A stretch of DNA of 64,000 nt from an uncultured Planctomycetota bacterium (GCA_963845755.1 CAWJTV010000011.1:1248001-1312000), one strand, 5' to 3'; positions 50,039 to 62,074 are shown, numbered from the stretch's first letter. Translations and numbers: made by a program. Notes: generated by a model not told the origin, from the letters alone.

Positions 50039-51215
50039 ATGAAGGGGAAAACGTTCTGGGTCCTCTTGCTGGCCTTCCTGGCCGGGGGCGGGGTTCTCGC
50101 CTGGCAGGCGTGGCAGGCGCGGTTGACGGCGCTTCCGCCGGGGATCGCTTCGGGGAACGGGCGGGTCGAATCGGTCCAGGTGGACGTGACGACCAAGGAG
50201 CCGGGCCGCGTCGCGACGATCCTCGTTCACGAGGGGGATATGGTCCGGCCCGGCCAGATCGTCGCCAAGATGGACACCGTCACGCTCGAGGCGACGCTGG
50301 CGCGAGCCGAGGCGACCGTCGCCGAGCAGGAGGCCAAGTTGTTCGAGATCGATGCCGCGATCGCCAAGGCCGATAGCCAGTTGAAGCTGGACGAGCTCGA
50401 TTTCGCGCGCACCCGCGCGCTCTTCGCGCGCAAGGCGGTCCCCCGTGAAGAGTTCGACGTCAAGGAGACCGTGGTGAAGACCTCGGGCGCCACGTTGAAG
50501 GGTGAGAAGGCCCGGCTCAACACGGCCAGGAAGAGCGTCGACGCAGCCAAGGCCGAGGTGGCGCATACCCAGTCGCGGATCAACGACATGACGCTCCGCT
50601 CCACCGTTCCGGGGCGCGTACTCTATCGACTGGCCGAGGAAGGCGAGGTGCTGGGCACCGGCGGCAAGGTCCTCACGCTCGTCAACCTCGGCGATGTGTA
50701 CATGGAGATTTACCTGCCGGCCCAGGACGCGGTGAGGGTCAAGATCGGCGCCGACGCTCGCATCGTCTTCGACGTCACCCCCGAATACGCGGCACGGGCG
50801 AAGGTCAGTTTCGTGGCCCCGGAAGCCCAGTTCACGCCCAAGCAAGTTGAGACCCGCAGCGAGCGCGACAAGCTGATGTTCCGCGTGAAGCTGACCGTGC
50901 CGCCCGAACGCGTCCTGGCCTACATCGAGCGAGTGAAGACCGGTATCCGCGGCATCGGCTACGTCCGACTCGACGACTCCGTCGAGTGGCCGGAGCACCT
51001 CAACCGGCCATTCCCGGGGCCCGGCCCAACTTCAGCGGGGACGACCTCATCGCAGCCGGCTGCCTCGGGGCCCTCGGCCGTTCCGTCGAAGCGCACCTGC
51101 AAGCCGCCGACCGAGAAGGCGACCACGCCCGGCGCCCGTCGAAGCGCACCCGACGCCGCCGACCGAGAAGGCGACCACGCCGCCGGCTGCCGACGGATCG
51201 TCCCCCAAGTCGTAA
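50039..51215 (+). CDS. HlyD family membrane fusion protein (YhiI-like); frameshift in the low-complexity tail
   Basis: ASGNGRVE, AQFTPKQVETRSERDKLMFRVK, VKTGIRGIGYVRLD. An ~52-bp tandem repeat lies in the tail. Confidence 0.88.
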
Positions 51216-51227
51216 ATCGAGAATGCG

Positions 51228-54046
51228 ATGGCTATCTCCAGCGCTTCTGCCGACCCCGTCCGAGTCGACGAGCCTGTGGCGTTGGCCCGCGCCATCTCGC
51301 ACGTCTACGGGACGACGCGCGCACTCGACGGCCTCGACATCGCGATCCCGGCCGGCTGCATGGTCGGCCTGATCGGGCCCGACGGCGTGGGTAAGTCGAC
51401 CTTGATGGGCCTGATCGCCGGGTCGAAGCGGATCCAGACGGGCGAGGTTCGGGTTCTCGGCGGCGACATGAACGACACCGATCACCGCGAGGCCGTTTGC
51501 CCGCGGATTGCCTTCATGCCCCAGGGGCTGGGCAAGAATCTGTACTTCGAGCTGAGCGTTTTCGAGAACATCGACTTCTTCGCGCGGCTGTTCGGCGTGC
51601 CCGACGCCGAGCGAGAGCCTCGCATCAAGGGCCTGCTGAACGCCACCGGCCTGGGCCCGTTCCCCGACCGGCCCGCGGGCAAGCTCTCCGGCGGCATGAA
51701 GCAGAAGGTCGGCCTCTGCGGCGCACTGATCCACGACCCCGACCTGCTCATCCTCGACGAGCCGACCACCGGCGTCGACCCGCTCTCGCGCCAGCAGTTC
51801 TGGAACCTCATCGACCACATCCGCGAACAGCGGCCCGGCATGAGCGTCCTCGTTTCGACGGCTTACATGGACGAGGCCCAGCGCTTCGACTGGACGATCG
51901 CCATGGATGCCGGCCGGGTCATCGCCACCGGCACGCCCGCCCAGTTGATGGAACGCACCGGCACGAGCAACCTGGAAGAGGCGTTCGTCGCGCTGCTTCC
52001 CGGCGCCGAGGAGGGGGGCGCCGCGCCTGGTGATCCCCCCGCGCGTGGACCCCGGCGGCGAGCCGGCCATCCAGGCCACGGATCTCACCAAGCGATTCGG
52101 CAGCTTCACCGCCGTCAATCGCGTGAATTTCACCATCGGCCGCGGCGAGATCTTCGGCTTCCTCGGCTCCAACGGCTGCGGCAAGTCCACGACGATGAAG
52201 ATGCTCACCGGCCTGCTACCCGTGACCGAGGGCGAGGCCAAGCTGTTCGGCGAGCTCGTGGACGCCGACGATCTGGCGACTCGCAAGCGCGTGGGCTACA
52301 TGTCGCAGGCATTCTCGCTCTATGGCGAGCTTTCGGTGCGGCAGAACCTCGACCTCCACGCCAAGATCTTCGACTTGCCCCGAGACCGGGCCAACGCCCG
52401 GATCGTTGAGCTGGTCGACCGCTTCGGCCTGCGCTCGCATCTGGAAACGCCTTCCGGCGACCTGCCCCTGGGGCTGAAGCAACGGCTTTCCCTGGCGGTC
52501 GCGGTGTTACACGAGCCCGACATGCTCCTGCTGGACGAGCCGACCTCCGGTGTGGATCCGGTCGCCCGCGACGAGTTCTGGGAGTTGCTCGATCGACCTC
52601 TCGCGCCGCCAGGGAGTGACGATCTTCGTCTCCACCCACTTTATGAACGAGGCCCTCCGCTGCGACCGCATCTCGCTGATGCACGCGGGCACCGTGCTGG
52701 CCTGCGACACTCCGGCCCGGCTGATGGCCGAGCGCGACACCGACGACCTGGAAACCGCGTTCATCGGTTTTATTGCCGAAGCCGAGGCATCCCGACAAAA
52801 GCTTGCCGGCACCCCGCCCCCCGCGACCGAAGAGAAGGTGGACGACAAGGAAGCCAGGCCCGCGATGGCGATTCCGATCGCTTCCCCCGCGGGGGCCCCG
52901 GCGCACCCGACGAGGTCCGGCTTGAGCCTGGGGCGAATGCTCGCCTACAGCCGCCGAGAGGCCCAGGAGATCGAGCGCGACCCGGTGCGCCTGCTCTTTG
53001 CGTTCCTCGGCTCGGCCCTGATGATGCTCGCCTTCGGCTTCGGCATCACCACCGACGTCGAGAACATCCGCTTCGCTTTCCTGGATCTCGATCAGTCGCC
53101 CGAGAGTCGGGCCTATCTTTCGGCTTTCGAGGGCTCGCGCTACTTCATCCTCCATCCGCCGGCCCAGACTCCGGACGAGCTGCAACTGCGGCTCAAATCC
53201 CACGAGATCGAAGTGGCCCTCGAGGTGCAGCCCAACTTCGGCCGGAACGTTCGGAAAGGAAACGTGGGCGAGATCACAGCCTGGGTGGACGGCGCTCCCA
53301 CAAACCGCGCCGAGAGCGTACGCCAGAATATCGTAGGCGTGCACAACAACTTCCTGAATGAGCGGGTGCGGAACAGCCCGATCCACTTCCCCGGCCAGCC
53401 CCCGGTCGAGGTGCAGACCCGCTTCGCCTATAACCCTGCGTTCGAGAGCATTTACGCCATCGTGCCCAGCGTGCCGGCCATCTTGCTGATCCTGATCCCG
53501 GCGATCCTCATGACCGTGAGCATCGTCCGCGAGAAGGAACTGGGCTCGATCATCAACTTCTATGTCACGCCCACCCGGCGGCTCGAGTTCCTCATGGGCA
53601 AGCAACTGCCCTACATCGTCATCGGCATGATCAATTACGCAGTGCTCCTGCTCATGGCGGTTGTCGTTTTCGGGGTCCCGCTCAAGGGCAGCGGATGGAT
53701 GCTTACGCTCTGCACGCTGCTGTACGTCACGGCGACCACGGCCCTGGGGATGCTGGTCTCCACGTTCACCTCCAGCCAGGTGGCCGCCGTCTTCATCACG
53801 GCGATCCTTACCATCCTGCCGACCACGCAGTTCTCGGGTCTGCTCCAGCCGGTCTCGACCCTGGACGGCGGCGCCCGGGTCTTCGGCACCCTGTGGCCGA
53901 CCTCGTATTACATTCACGCCAGCGTCGGCGCCTTCACCAAGGGCCTGGGGGCCGACGGCCTCTTGATGGACGCCCTCGCCCTGGCCGCCTTCATCCCCAT
54001 CCTCATCGGCCTGGGCGTTGCGGGCCTGCCACGCCAGGAGACCTAG
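51228..54046 (+). CDS. rbbA: RbbA-like ABC protein (two ATPase domains plus permease); frameshifts near 52015 and 52590
   Basis: [52 protein letters not shown]. Confidence 0.88.
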
Positions 54047-54047
54047 C

Positions 54048-55172
54048 GTGAAGCGTCTCTCCAACATCTTCTGGCTCGGCCTGAAAGAGTTACGCAGCCT
54101 GGCGAGCGACCCCGTGCTCGTCGGGTTCATCCTCTACGCCTTCTCGCTGTCGATCCTCACGCAGGCCCGCGGCGTCAAGTCCGAGGTGAACAACGCCAGC
54201 CTCGCCTTCATCGACGAGGACGAGTCGCAGCTCTCCAAGGAGTTGATCGCCGCGTTCTACCCGCCGCAATTCCAACACCCCGATCTCATCGCGCCCGGCG
54301 ACGCCACCGGCGACATGGATCGCGGACGTTATATGTTCATCGTCACCATTCCGACCCGCTTCGAGTCCGACCTCCGCCGCGGCCGGCCCACCGAGGTGCA
54401 GGTGACCGTGGACGCCACCGCGATGCAACAGGCGAGCATCGGCGCCGGCCACATCAAGAACATCCTCACCGATCGCATCGCTTTGTTCATCCACCGCAAC
54501 GACGCGAAGACGGAGTTGCCCCTGCGCGTCGTCGTCCGCAAGGAGTTCAATCCGAACGGCGAGGCGTCCTGGTTCAGCGCGATCGTCGCCCTCATCAACC
54601 AGATCACCACGCTCACCGTGGTCCTCACCGGGGCCGCGCTGATCCGGGAACGCGAGCACGGCACGATCGAGCACCTCCTCACCTTACCACTCACGCCTTT
54701 CGAGATCGCCATCTCCAAGGTCTGGGCGAACGGCCTGGTCATCCTGCTGGTCGTCGCCGCCTCGATGGTCCTGGTGGTCCGCACTCTCCTGGACGTGCCG
54801 ATCGCCGGATCGCTGCCGCTGTTCCTCGTCGGGGTCGTACTCTACCTGTTCTTCGCCACCGCGCTCGGGCTCTACCTGGGGACCATCGCCCGCTCCATGG
54901 CCCAGTTCGCGCTGCTGATCATCCTGGTCGTCATCGTGCTCCAACTGCTCTCGGGCGGCAGCACTCCGGTGGAGAGCCAGCCCCTCTGGATGCAGCGGCT
55001 CACGTTGCTCCTCCCCTCGCGTCACTTCGTCGCCTTCTCGCAGGCCATCATCTTCCGCGGCGCCGGGTTCGAGACCGTCTGGCCCCAGTTCCTGGCCGTC
55101 GCCGCCATCGGCCTCGCCTTCTTCGCCTTCAGCCTCCGACAATTCCGAGAGTCCATCGCCGTGACCAAGTAG
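54048..55172 (+). CDS. ABC-2 permease (YhhJ-like)
   Basis: NIFWLGLKELRSL, LIREREHGTIEHLL, LSGGSTPVES. Confidence 0.9.
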   Translation: MKRLSNIFWLGLKELRSLASDPVLVGFILYAFSLSILTQARGVKSEVNNASLAFIDEDESQLSKELIAAFYPPQFQHPDLIAPGDATGDMDRGRYMFIVTIPTRFESDLRRGRPTEVQVTVDATAMQQASIGAGHIKNILTDRIALFIHRNDAKTELPLRVVVRKEFNPNGEASWFSAIVALINQITTLTVVLTGAALIREREHGTIEHLLTLPLTPFEIAISKVWANGLVILLVVAASMVLVVRTLLDVPIAGSLPLFLVGVVLYLFFATALGLYLGTIARSMAQFALLIILVVIVLQLLSGGSTPVESQPLWMQRLTLLLPSRHFVAFSQAIIFRGAGFETVWPQFLAVAAIGLAFFAFSLRQFRESIAVTK

Positions 55173-55201
55173 CGATCGCGCATCGTGGGGTTGCGATCTC
55201 A

Positions 55202-55445
55202 GTGCGCCGTGAAAAGGCTCGGATCTTCGGCGGGTGCGAATTCCGCCCGGAAAACTGGTCGCTCCATCCGGTAGCGATCGGAGCGGCGGCGGAGGTGACA
55301 AAGCCGTCGAAGCCTTCGAGACAACGGGCCGCTGTGGCGGTTCGGCGAGCAGGCAGGCCGCAACGACAGTGAACGCCGTGCAAGCCCCGAAACAACCCGA
55401 TGTGGAAGCCGACCCGGTTGCTATACGGGGAAGGCCGCCGTCCTG
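55202..55445 (+). mobile_element. Group II intron 5' fragment (part of domain I); no RT ORF or domains V/VI seen
   Basis: Starts GTGCGCCGTGAAA, then GGCGGGTGCGAATTCCGCC, AACTGGTCGCTCCA..GGAGGTGAC..GAAGCC, GCAGGCCGCAACG..AGTGAACG, GCCGACCC..GGGGAAGGC, recalled as bacterial group II intron domain I blocks. Confidence 0.7.
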
Positions 55446-55925
55446 GGAGACAGAGGGATTACCCTCACGACTGGAGACCAAGGGTTTGCTCTCATCGAGC
55501 TTGGTGCATAAGTCCGGAAAACCCCGAAAAATCACAGCCTCGGGGCGTGGGAACGAGTCATCGCGTTCCGATCCGATACCTGGATGCCCCAGGGGACGCG
55601 TAGGCCCGACATCGATCGCGATTGCAATGTTGGGTGATCGTGTGTGCCCTGGCGGAGTGGCTCGAGTGGTCGGCTGTTCAACTCGGGTGGGTCACAACCC
55701 GAATTCCGCTAGATCATCATCTGTAATATCGTCAAAATTTACCGATCAGTGGCGACAGTCGCAAGCTGGTACGCCGAAGCGGCTTCGGCGGATCGGGCGG
55801 GCCGCGAATTGGCCCGTATCTTGAAACTTATTCCAATCTTCATCACAGTTTCGTCGTCCGTCAACGCCGCATGGATACACTAGTCCCTCGTAACTTACGC
55901 TTCTCGTTCCTGGAGGATCTTCGAC

Positions 55926-57011
55926 GTGCTCAAGCATCGCCTCTCGCGTTCATCGCATGGCTTTACGCTGATCGAACTGCTTGTCGTCATCGCCATCATC
56001 GCCGTGTTGATCGCTTTGCTGTTGCCGGCCGTGCAGTCGGCACGCGAAGCGGCGCGCCGTTCCGCGTGCATCAACAACCTCAAGCAGGTCGGTCTGGCGA
56101 TGCTCAACTTCGAGAGTTCGCGGCAGGTGTTGCCGCCGACGTGGGCGATCAGCACGCCGCTGCTCCAGCCACCCTTTCAACCGGTGGACCTGACGAATCA
56201 GGCGTTGGTCGGCCCGGACAATTATGAGCCTCCCTGCCCGATCCAGGTCGGCGAAGTCTGTAATAACGCGATCGACGTGCAGACGTGGGTCACGATCTGC
56301 CTCCCCTACTTCGAGCAAGGAAGCATCTACAACGCCTACAACATTTCACAGCCCTTCAGTGCCCCCGTGAATACGACGTTCGTGGGTACGCAGCTCAACA
56401 TGATGATCTGCCCGTCGGCGCCAAACGGCTATCGCACGGCGTCTTACACCGACCCACTCTCTCAAGCCTTTTACGGAGCCAACTGGTCGGTCACACTCGC
56501 CGGGGGCGATTATGCGGTCGACGATGGCGTGGATTCTGGCTGGATGGCTGCGAACAATGTTCCGCACCCCGCGGGCGTGGACACGCGTGGCTTGCTGCAC
56601 GGCAACGTGGCGCCCAGGATTGCTTCCGTCACGGATGGAACTTCGAACACGATCATGGTTTCGGAGGATGCAGGGCGTCCTCAATTCTGGCTGAACGGGC
56701 GCCTGATTCCCGACGGTACTTCGACGGCCAGTCTGGGGATCGGCGAGAGCGGGACCACGATCTACACGAACGAAGGCTCAGGCTGGGGTTGGGCCGATTA
56801 CAACAGTGAATTTTATACCGACGGCGACGGCAGCCGGCAGCACACGAATTGGAGCAGCAATAACGAGGTTTACGCGTTCCATCCCGGCGGAGCGAATCAC
56901 GTTTTCGCCGATGGATCGGTGCATTTTATCAAGCAGACCACCGCTCCTTCCGTCTTCGTCTGGCTCATCAGTCCGGGCGGCGGAGAAGTCATCTCGAGCG
57001 ATACGTATTGA
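55926..57011 (+). CDS. DUF1559 protein with prepilin-type N-terminal cleavage/methylation and H-X9-DG motifs
   Basis: [34 protein letters not shown]...NNLKQ and [14 protein letters not shown]. Confidence 0.95.
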   Translation: MLKHRLSRSSHGFTLIELLVVIAIIAVLIALLLPAVQSAREAARRSACINNLKQVGLAMLNFESSRQVLPPTWAISTPLLQPPFQPVDLTNQALVGPDNYEPPCPIQVGEVCNNAIDVQTWVTICLPYFEQGSIYNAYNISQPFSAPVNTTFVGTQLNMMICPSAPNGYRTASYTDPLSQAFYGANWSVTLAGGDYAVDDGVDSGWMAANNVPHPAGVDTRGLLHGNVAPRIASVTDGTSNTIMVSEDAGRPQFWLNGRLIPDGTSTASLGIGESGTTIYTNEGSGWGWADYNSEFYTDGDGSRQHTNWSSNNEVYAFHPGGANHVFADGSVHFIKQTTAPSVFVWLISPGGGEVISSDTY

Positions 57012-57105
57012 TCGAAAGTTTTCGCCCTGGCACTCGCTGGCGGCGGTCCGCTTCGAGAGCGTCAGGGCGACCCGTTTCGCAATCGTGTCGAACAGATAGG
57101 GCTTG

Positions 57106-57606
57106 ATGATGATTCGCAAGGCATTGCTGCAATCGGGTCGGGTGGATTGGCCCTGGCTGTTGCTCCTTGCGGGCACGATTCTGCTGCCCGCGTGTAGCAA
57201 CTCGCTCGAGGATCATCCGCCTCTGTATCCGGTGAAGGGCAAGGTGATTCTCGACGGTAAGCCAATGACGAGCGGAACCATCATTTTCGAGTACTCCGGC
57301 GATGGCGCCGATGCTCCCAAAGGTGCTGGGGGAGGACCATTTCGAGTCACCTCCAAGATCAAGGATGGTACCTTTAACCTCATCGGCTACGCGGGCTCCG
57401 AGGGCATGCCCGCCGGAAACTACAAGGTTGGCATATCGGCGACGCAGGGACGAAGCGAAGAGAATCTCTTCGGCCGGGAAGTCGTGCTTCCGAAGAAGGG
57501 GAAATCTGCCGTCTCGGTGAGTCGGTACGCCGATCCGAAAACCTCGGGGCTGACCTCTCAAGTCTCGAAAGATGAGCCAAATGAGCCCGTTTTCGATCTG
57601 AAGTGA
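57106..57606 (+). CDS. Lipoprotein of the type that commonly follows DUF1559 genes
   Basis: Lipobox-like LLPAC, YPVKGKVILDGKP, GMPAGNYKV, YADPKTSGL...FDLK. Confidence 0.8.
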   Translation: MMIRKALLQSGRVDWPWLLLLAGTILLPACSNSLEDHPPLYPVKGKVILDGKPMTSGTIIFEYSGDGADAPKGAGGGPFRVTSKIKDGTFNLIGYAGSEGMPAGNYKVGISATQGRSEENLFGREVVLPKKGKSAVSVSRYADPKTSGLTSQVSKDEPNEPVFDLK

Positions 57607-57744
57607 AGGCTACCTACGACTCCCGGGGATCCACGGGGAAAGAGCCGTCGGGAGCTAATCTCTCGTCGGGGCTCCCGACGTCCTTCGGTGACTCCCTCCC
57701 CAACACTCACGTCCCGTCACGCGACTGCCGCTGGGCTACTCCTC

Positions 57745-57894
57745 ACGCGGCCTTCGGCCGCAACCCAATCGGGATTCCGGATTCGAGATTCCGGATTCCC
57801 GAAGGGAAATGATCCGGGAATCGGGAATCGCGAATCCGGAATTCGGAATCCTCAGATGCCCGCTCGGCGCAGGGATCCTACGGGGGACGACTCT
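57745..57894 (+). repeat. Heptamer-repeat element, copy C
   Basis: ACGCGGCCTTCGGCCGCAACC, heptamer arrays, tail GGCGCAGGGATCCTACGGGGGACGACTCTA. Confidence 0.8.
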
Positions 57895-58110
57895 ACTTCA
57901 GTCTGCCAGGGTCAACCAGACGAGATCTCTCCGCTTTCCACTTGACTCGCGATCGCGGTTCGGGAGGATGGGACGGCGAGCACCTGGATAGATCGCCGAT
58001 GCCGGCGAAAGACCGACCGCCGGGGTGATAGGCTGACTGGTGCCCCGTTCTACGAGATTTGGAATTCGCAAGTGAAATCCATGTCCGATTCAATCTCAAG
58101 TGGCACTCAA

Positions 58111-58536
58111 ATGAAGACTGCTCTTCGTACACTTCTCGCTGTTGTGGCCGGCATGGCGCTGGCTTTCGTGCTGGTGATCGCCGTCGAACTCTTCAGTGCA
58201 GTGGTCCATCCTGTCCCTCCGGGATTCACAGGTACCATGGACGAAATGTGTCAGCATGTCGCCCGATATCCCCACTGGGTTCTGGGGGTTGTCGTCCTGG
58301 CCTGGAGTGCAACAACGTTCGTCAGCACATGGGTCGCCACACGAATTGGAAATCGATTGGCGGGCATCGCAGTCATCCTCATCTTAACGGTTGCGATCGT
58401 ATTCAACGTCTCCAAGCTCCCGTACGCGATGTGGTTCAAAGTCGTAATGCTGACTTGTTTCCCCGTGGCGTGTTACTTGGGAGGCCTGCGCGGAGTACAG
58501 ACTTCCAAGCCTGCGGCCGACTCGAATCCAGAGTAG
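58111..58536 (+). CDS. Hypothetical membrane protein (4 TM)
   Basis: MKTALRTLLAVVAG... with four hydrophobic segments. Confidence 0.7.
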   Translation: MKTALRTLLAVVAGMALAFVLVIAVELFSAVVHPVPPGFTGTMDEMCQHVARYPHWVLGVVVLAWSATTFVSTWVATRIGNRLAGIAVILILTVAIVFNVSKLPYAMWFKVVMLTCFPVACYLGGLRGVQTSKPAADSNPE

Positions 58537-58639
58537 TCCGTTGATCTCGGGGAGACGATTTCGCGGATACCGGGTCAAGAGAACCGATCCTCCACTGCGA
58601 TGTGATCGCGGAACAGCGCGGCCGAAGGCCGCGTCGGGG

Positions 58640-59044
58640 CTAACGCAGCTCGATGATCAGGTAACTCCAATCCGAAGCCACGTCGATGACCACGCCGGAC
58701 GTGCGGGAATCTCGATACTTGGCGGGAACAACGGGCGCGTTCGTGTGAGGGCCCAGATGGGCGTGATACTGGCCCGGGAAGGCACCGGGCTTGTTGTACT
58801 GGAAGTTGACCAGTTGGAACGACCCGTCGTCCTGCAGCGCGGACAAGGCCGAATGGCCACCATCCGAGTCGAAGCAAATGTACGTGTTGGTAATCGGATG
58901 GCCGGAGTAGGTGACTCGACCCGAGACTGCGGATAGATTCAGGTCCCTAGTCGGTGCTTCGAGACAGAAGAGGAATGGCGTCATGGCCGTGATGCCAAGT
59001 CCCCAGGTCATCAGTCTCCGTGCTCCATGCAAATCGATGAACAT
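58640..59044 (-). CDS. Hypothetical protein related to the DUF1559-associated lipoproteins
   Basis: VSGRVTYSGHP, DGSFQL, GAFPGQY, VPAKYRDSRTSG. Confidence 0.6.
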   Translation of the reverse strand: MFIDLHGARRLMTWGLGITAMTPFLFCLEAPTRDLNLSAVSGRVTYSGHPITNTYICFDSDGGHSALSALQDDGSFQLVNFQYNKPGAFPGQYHAHLGPHTNAPVVPAKYRDSRTSGVVIDVASDWSYLIIELR

Positions 59045-59475
59045 TACGATCACTCTCCGGGCAGTCTTCGCACTTGTGTGAGGATTGGGAATGGGTCTTC
59101 GACGCGCAGTCGTGACCCGACCGGGATTTGCGGTAAGGTCGATGAAGCAGCGGGACCACGACGCCTGGACCTCGATGGGTCCGCGATCCTGGTTCCGGGA
59201 TGGTAAGGGCCGAAACGGTCGCAGCCTCCGTGGCTGCCGAGGTCTCCGTAGTGTTGTCGGGGAGGACGATATACGCCCTGACGGATGCCGAGGCGTGCCG
59301 GTCCTCTCGCTACTTAACAACGGCCGGAGACATCGGCCGGAGACAGACTCGTGTCGAAAAAAGCAGGAGTTCAGTCGGGCGAGGGAAGGCGTCGCGAGGA
59401 GGTCAAGGACGAGAGGAATCTCAAGTCATTACGTGGCTGCCGCTTTCGACATCTGATATGGTCGCCGCCGGAGAG

Positions 59476-59979
59476 TCATCGCCGATCGCGAATCGTTGTT
59501 CCGCGGACCGTACCGCCGAGCAGCCGCCTCGTTGTCACCTCATCCCACTCCGTCTTCATCGGGAAGGCGCAGACCTTCGTCTTGCCCTGGCTGCTCGGGT
59601 CCCACACGAAGAAGCTCACCATCGCCTTTGCGACGCGGGCCTTCGGCGGCACTTCCAGCTTCGCCAGGTCGAAGCGGACCAGGAACGCGTTACATCGGTC
59701 GGCGCGTCGCAGTGCGTTGTCGCGGGTCGTCGAGCCGAAGGAACGATCCACCTCGTTGTAGTCGATCAGAGCGTCGCACACGGCGGCCCTCCCCTGCAGC
59801 ACGAGGGTGCGCAACGGCACGGATGCAGGGAGTTCCGCCTCCGGGTTCGCCGGAGTCCTCCCTGTGTCGCCGTCGCGGTCAGGGCCGACCGGCCCGGGAG
59901 TGACCGATATCGGTCCGGCTGGACGCCGGATGAGGTAAGTGCTCACCGCGCCGAGGACGATGAGCGCGCCCGCCGCCAT
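59476..59979 (-). pseudogene. Truncated DNRLRE/CBM96-like domain protein
   Basis: TM segment, then FLVRFDL...ARVAKAMVSF...EWDE, after which the similarity stops abruptly. Start uncertain. Confidence 0.45.
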
Positions 59980-60155
59980 CCGTGGCGCGAGGCCGCCCTG
60001 ACTTTCGCCTTCGGGTTTGGCACGAAGGCGGCCGATCGACCCATTCTGTTCCCTTGTGCCGCCTACCTCATCACTCAACCTCGGTCTCTTCCTTTCACAC
60101 TGGACGATCACACCGACGCCCGACCCGCCTCCGCAGTGAGAGCGAGCTGAGCGTT

Positions 60156-60539
60156 TCACACCCCGGGCTCCAAATCGGCGAACGTCAGGGGTTGGCCGTT
60201 CTCGTGAATGAGCGATCCCAGATCGATCCCCAACATCGCCGCCAGAAGTAGATCGTCGAGGCAAGGCTGGACAAAGCGGATTCCGAGCTGGAGTGGTCCA
60301 CCAAGGCGGATCGGGATCGCCCCGATCCAGTCGGTCCTGGCCGGGCTCTCGATCCGAAAACGCACGGGTGTTTCGAGAGGAATGGTCTCTTCGGTTGAGA
60401 TTAACGCACCCTCTCGGCTGATGTTGAGCAGCGTAGCTCTCGTTCTCCAGTTGCTACCGCCTGCCCTGAACTCCAGGGCGGCTCGGTTGTTCACGGAGAC
60501 CCATCGAGGCGAGATCCTACGTTCATTGGGAATGACCAT
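60156..60539 (-). CDS. PilZ domain protein
   Basis: ERRISPR (RxxxR) and NISREG (D/NxSxxG), plus LGIRF. Confidence 0.78.
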   Translation of the reverse strand: MVIPNERRISPRWVSVNNRAALEFRAGGSNWRTRATLLNISREGALISTEETIPLETPVRFRIESPARTDWIGAIPIRLGGPLQLGIRFVQPCLDDLLLAAMLGIDLGSLIHENGQPLTFADLEPGV

Positions 60540-60609
60540 GCACGAGCATCCATCTTGACTATTTGGGACGCTGATTGCGTGCGACGCACCAGTAGCATAG
60601 AACACATTT

Positions 60610-60726
60610 TGGAGTCCACCACCGTTAGGATCCCTGCGCCGTGCTCGCGGCTGGGGGATCCTTGATTCCGGATTCCGGATTCCGGATTCCGGATTCTCGA
60701 ATCTTTCTTCATTCGGAATTCGGAAG
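60610..60726 (-). repeat. Heptamer-repeat element, copy D (reverse, partial)
   Basis: (GATTCCG)4; reverse-complement tail GGCGCAGGGATCCTAACGGTGGTGGACTC. Confidence 0.7.
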
Positions 60727-61005
60727 AGGCGACACCACGCTAGCGGGGTGCCAAACCTCAGCAATCCGAGCTCGAGGACGTCCCGGCCGGTCATTGGCCG
60801 CCACCGCCTTCTCTTGCTGATCCGACTGATTTCGCAACTGCAAACGATTAAAGGACTTGCGGGATTTAACGGAGGAGTTCCAGGTCGCTCAACGGTTGAC
60901 TTGCACACACGAGGTCGGCATCGATGGGAAACGAGCCCGATGCGCCCGCGCGTGAATTCCGGTGGGAATCCTCCATTCAAGTGAAGAAGCGGAAGGAGAT
61001 GCCTT

Positions 61006-62074
61006 ATGCCAAGACAATCACTTCTACCCTGGGTTATCTTCCTCGGAGTCGGCTTTCCTGCGGATTCCCTTCTCGTCGCGTCGGTCCGAGCCCAATGGAC
61101 ACTTCAGGTCAGCGGGACCAAGGCCCGGCTGCGGGGTCTCTGCGTGGTGGATTCCCGGGTGGTCTGGGCGAGCGGGACCCAGGGGACTGTGATCCATACG
61201 CGGGACAGCGGCGTCACCTGGCAGGTCCGGCCCGTACCTGGAGCCGCCGATCTCGACTTCCGGGACATTCACGCTGTCGATGACCGAACGGCGTACGTCC
61301 TGTCCATCGGCGAGGGAGAGAAATCTCGGATCTATAAGACAACCGATGAGGGGAAGACCTGGTCCTTACAGCACGTCAATCGAGACCCGAAAGGATTCCT
61401 CGATGCCTTCGCCTTCTGGGACTCAGTACACGGCATCGCCCTGGGCGACCCGGTTGAGGGTCGGTTCATGATCGTGATCACCGATGATGGCGGTATCGCC
61501 TGGAAACGAATCCCGGATGGAAGGATGCCCCTGGCGACACCAAGGCGAGGGTGCCTTCGCCGCGAGCGGCACCTGCCTGCTGGTCCGTGGCGAACGTAAC
61601 GCCTGGTTTGCAACGGGCGGGGCGAAGACAGCGAGGGTGTTTCGTTCCACGGATCGGGGTCTCACCTGGAGCGTCCACGAAACACCCATGTTGGCCGGCA
61701 ATGCCTCTTCGGGCATCTTCTCCCTGGCGTTTCGCGATGAGAACCATGGGGTCGCCGTTGGCGGAGACTACAAGCAGCCCGAACAGTTGGAGAGCGTGGC
61801 CGCACTGACTTCGGACGGAGGCCGGACGTGGCGCCTGCCCCAGGGTCGCGGACCTGGGGGTTACCGATCAGCAGTGGCTTACGTCCCTGGGGCAACTCGG
61901 CCGACTCTCGTCGCCGTCGGTCCCATGGGGTCGGACATCTCGACGGATGATGGCGAAACCTGGATGCCGTTCGGCCGGATGGGGTTCCATGCCGTCGGCT
62001 TCGCCAGCCCCGATGCCGGGTGGGCCGTCGGCGAGGAAGGGGCGCTCGCCACATCAACGAATCTTTTACGCTAA
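61006..62074 (+). CDS. BNR/Asp-box beta-propeller protein (YCF48/WD40-like); frameshift near 61540
   Basis: TRDSGVTW, TTDEGKTW, STDRGLTW, TSDGGRTW, DFRDI, GEGAFAASGT. Confidence 0.85.

Noticed and set aside
51085..51185. Tandem ~52-bp repeat in the HlyD gene tail as a separate element
   Set aside because: It encodes a low-complexity Ala/Pro/Thr tail and is an ordinary intragenic duplication.
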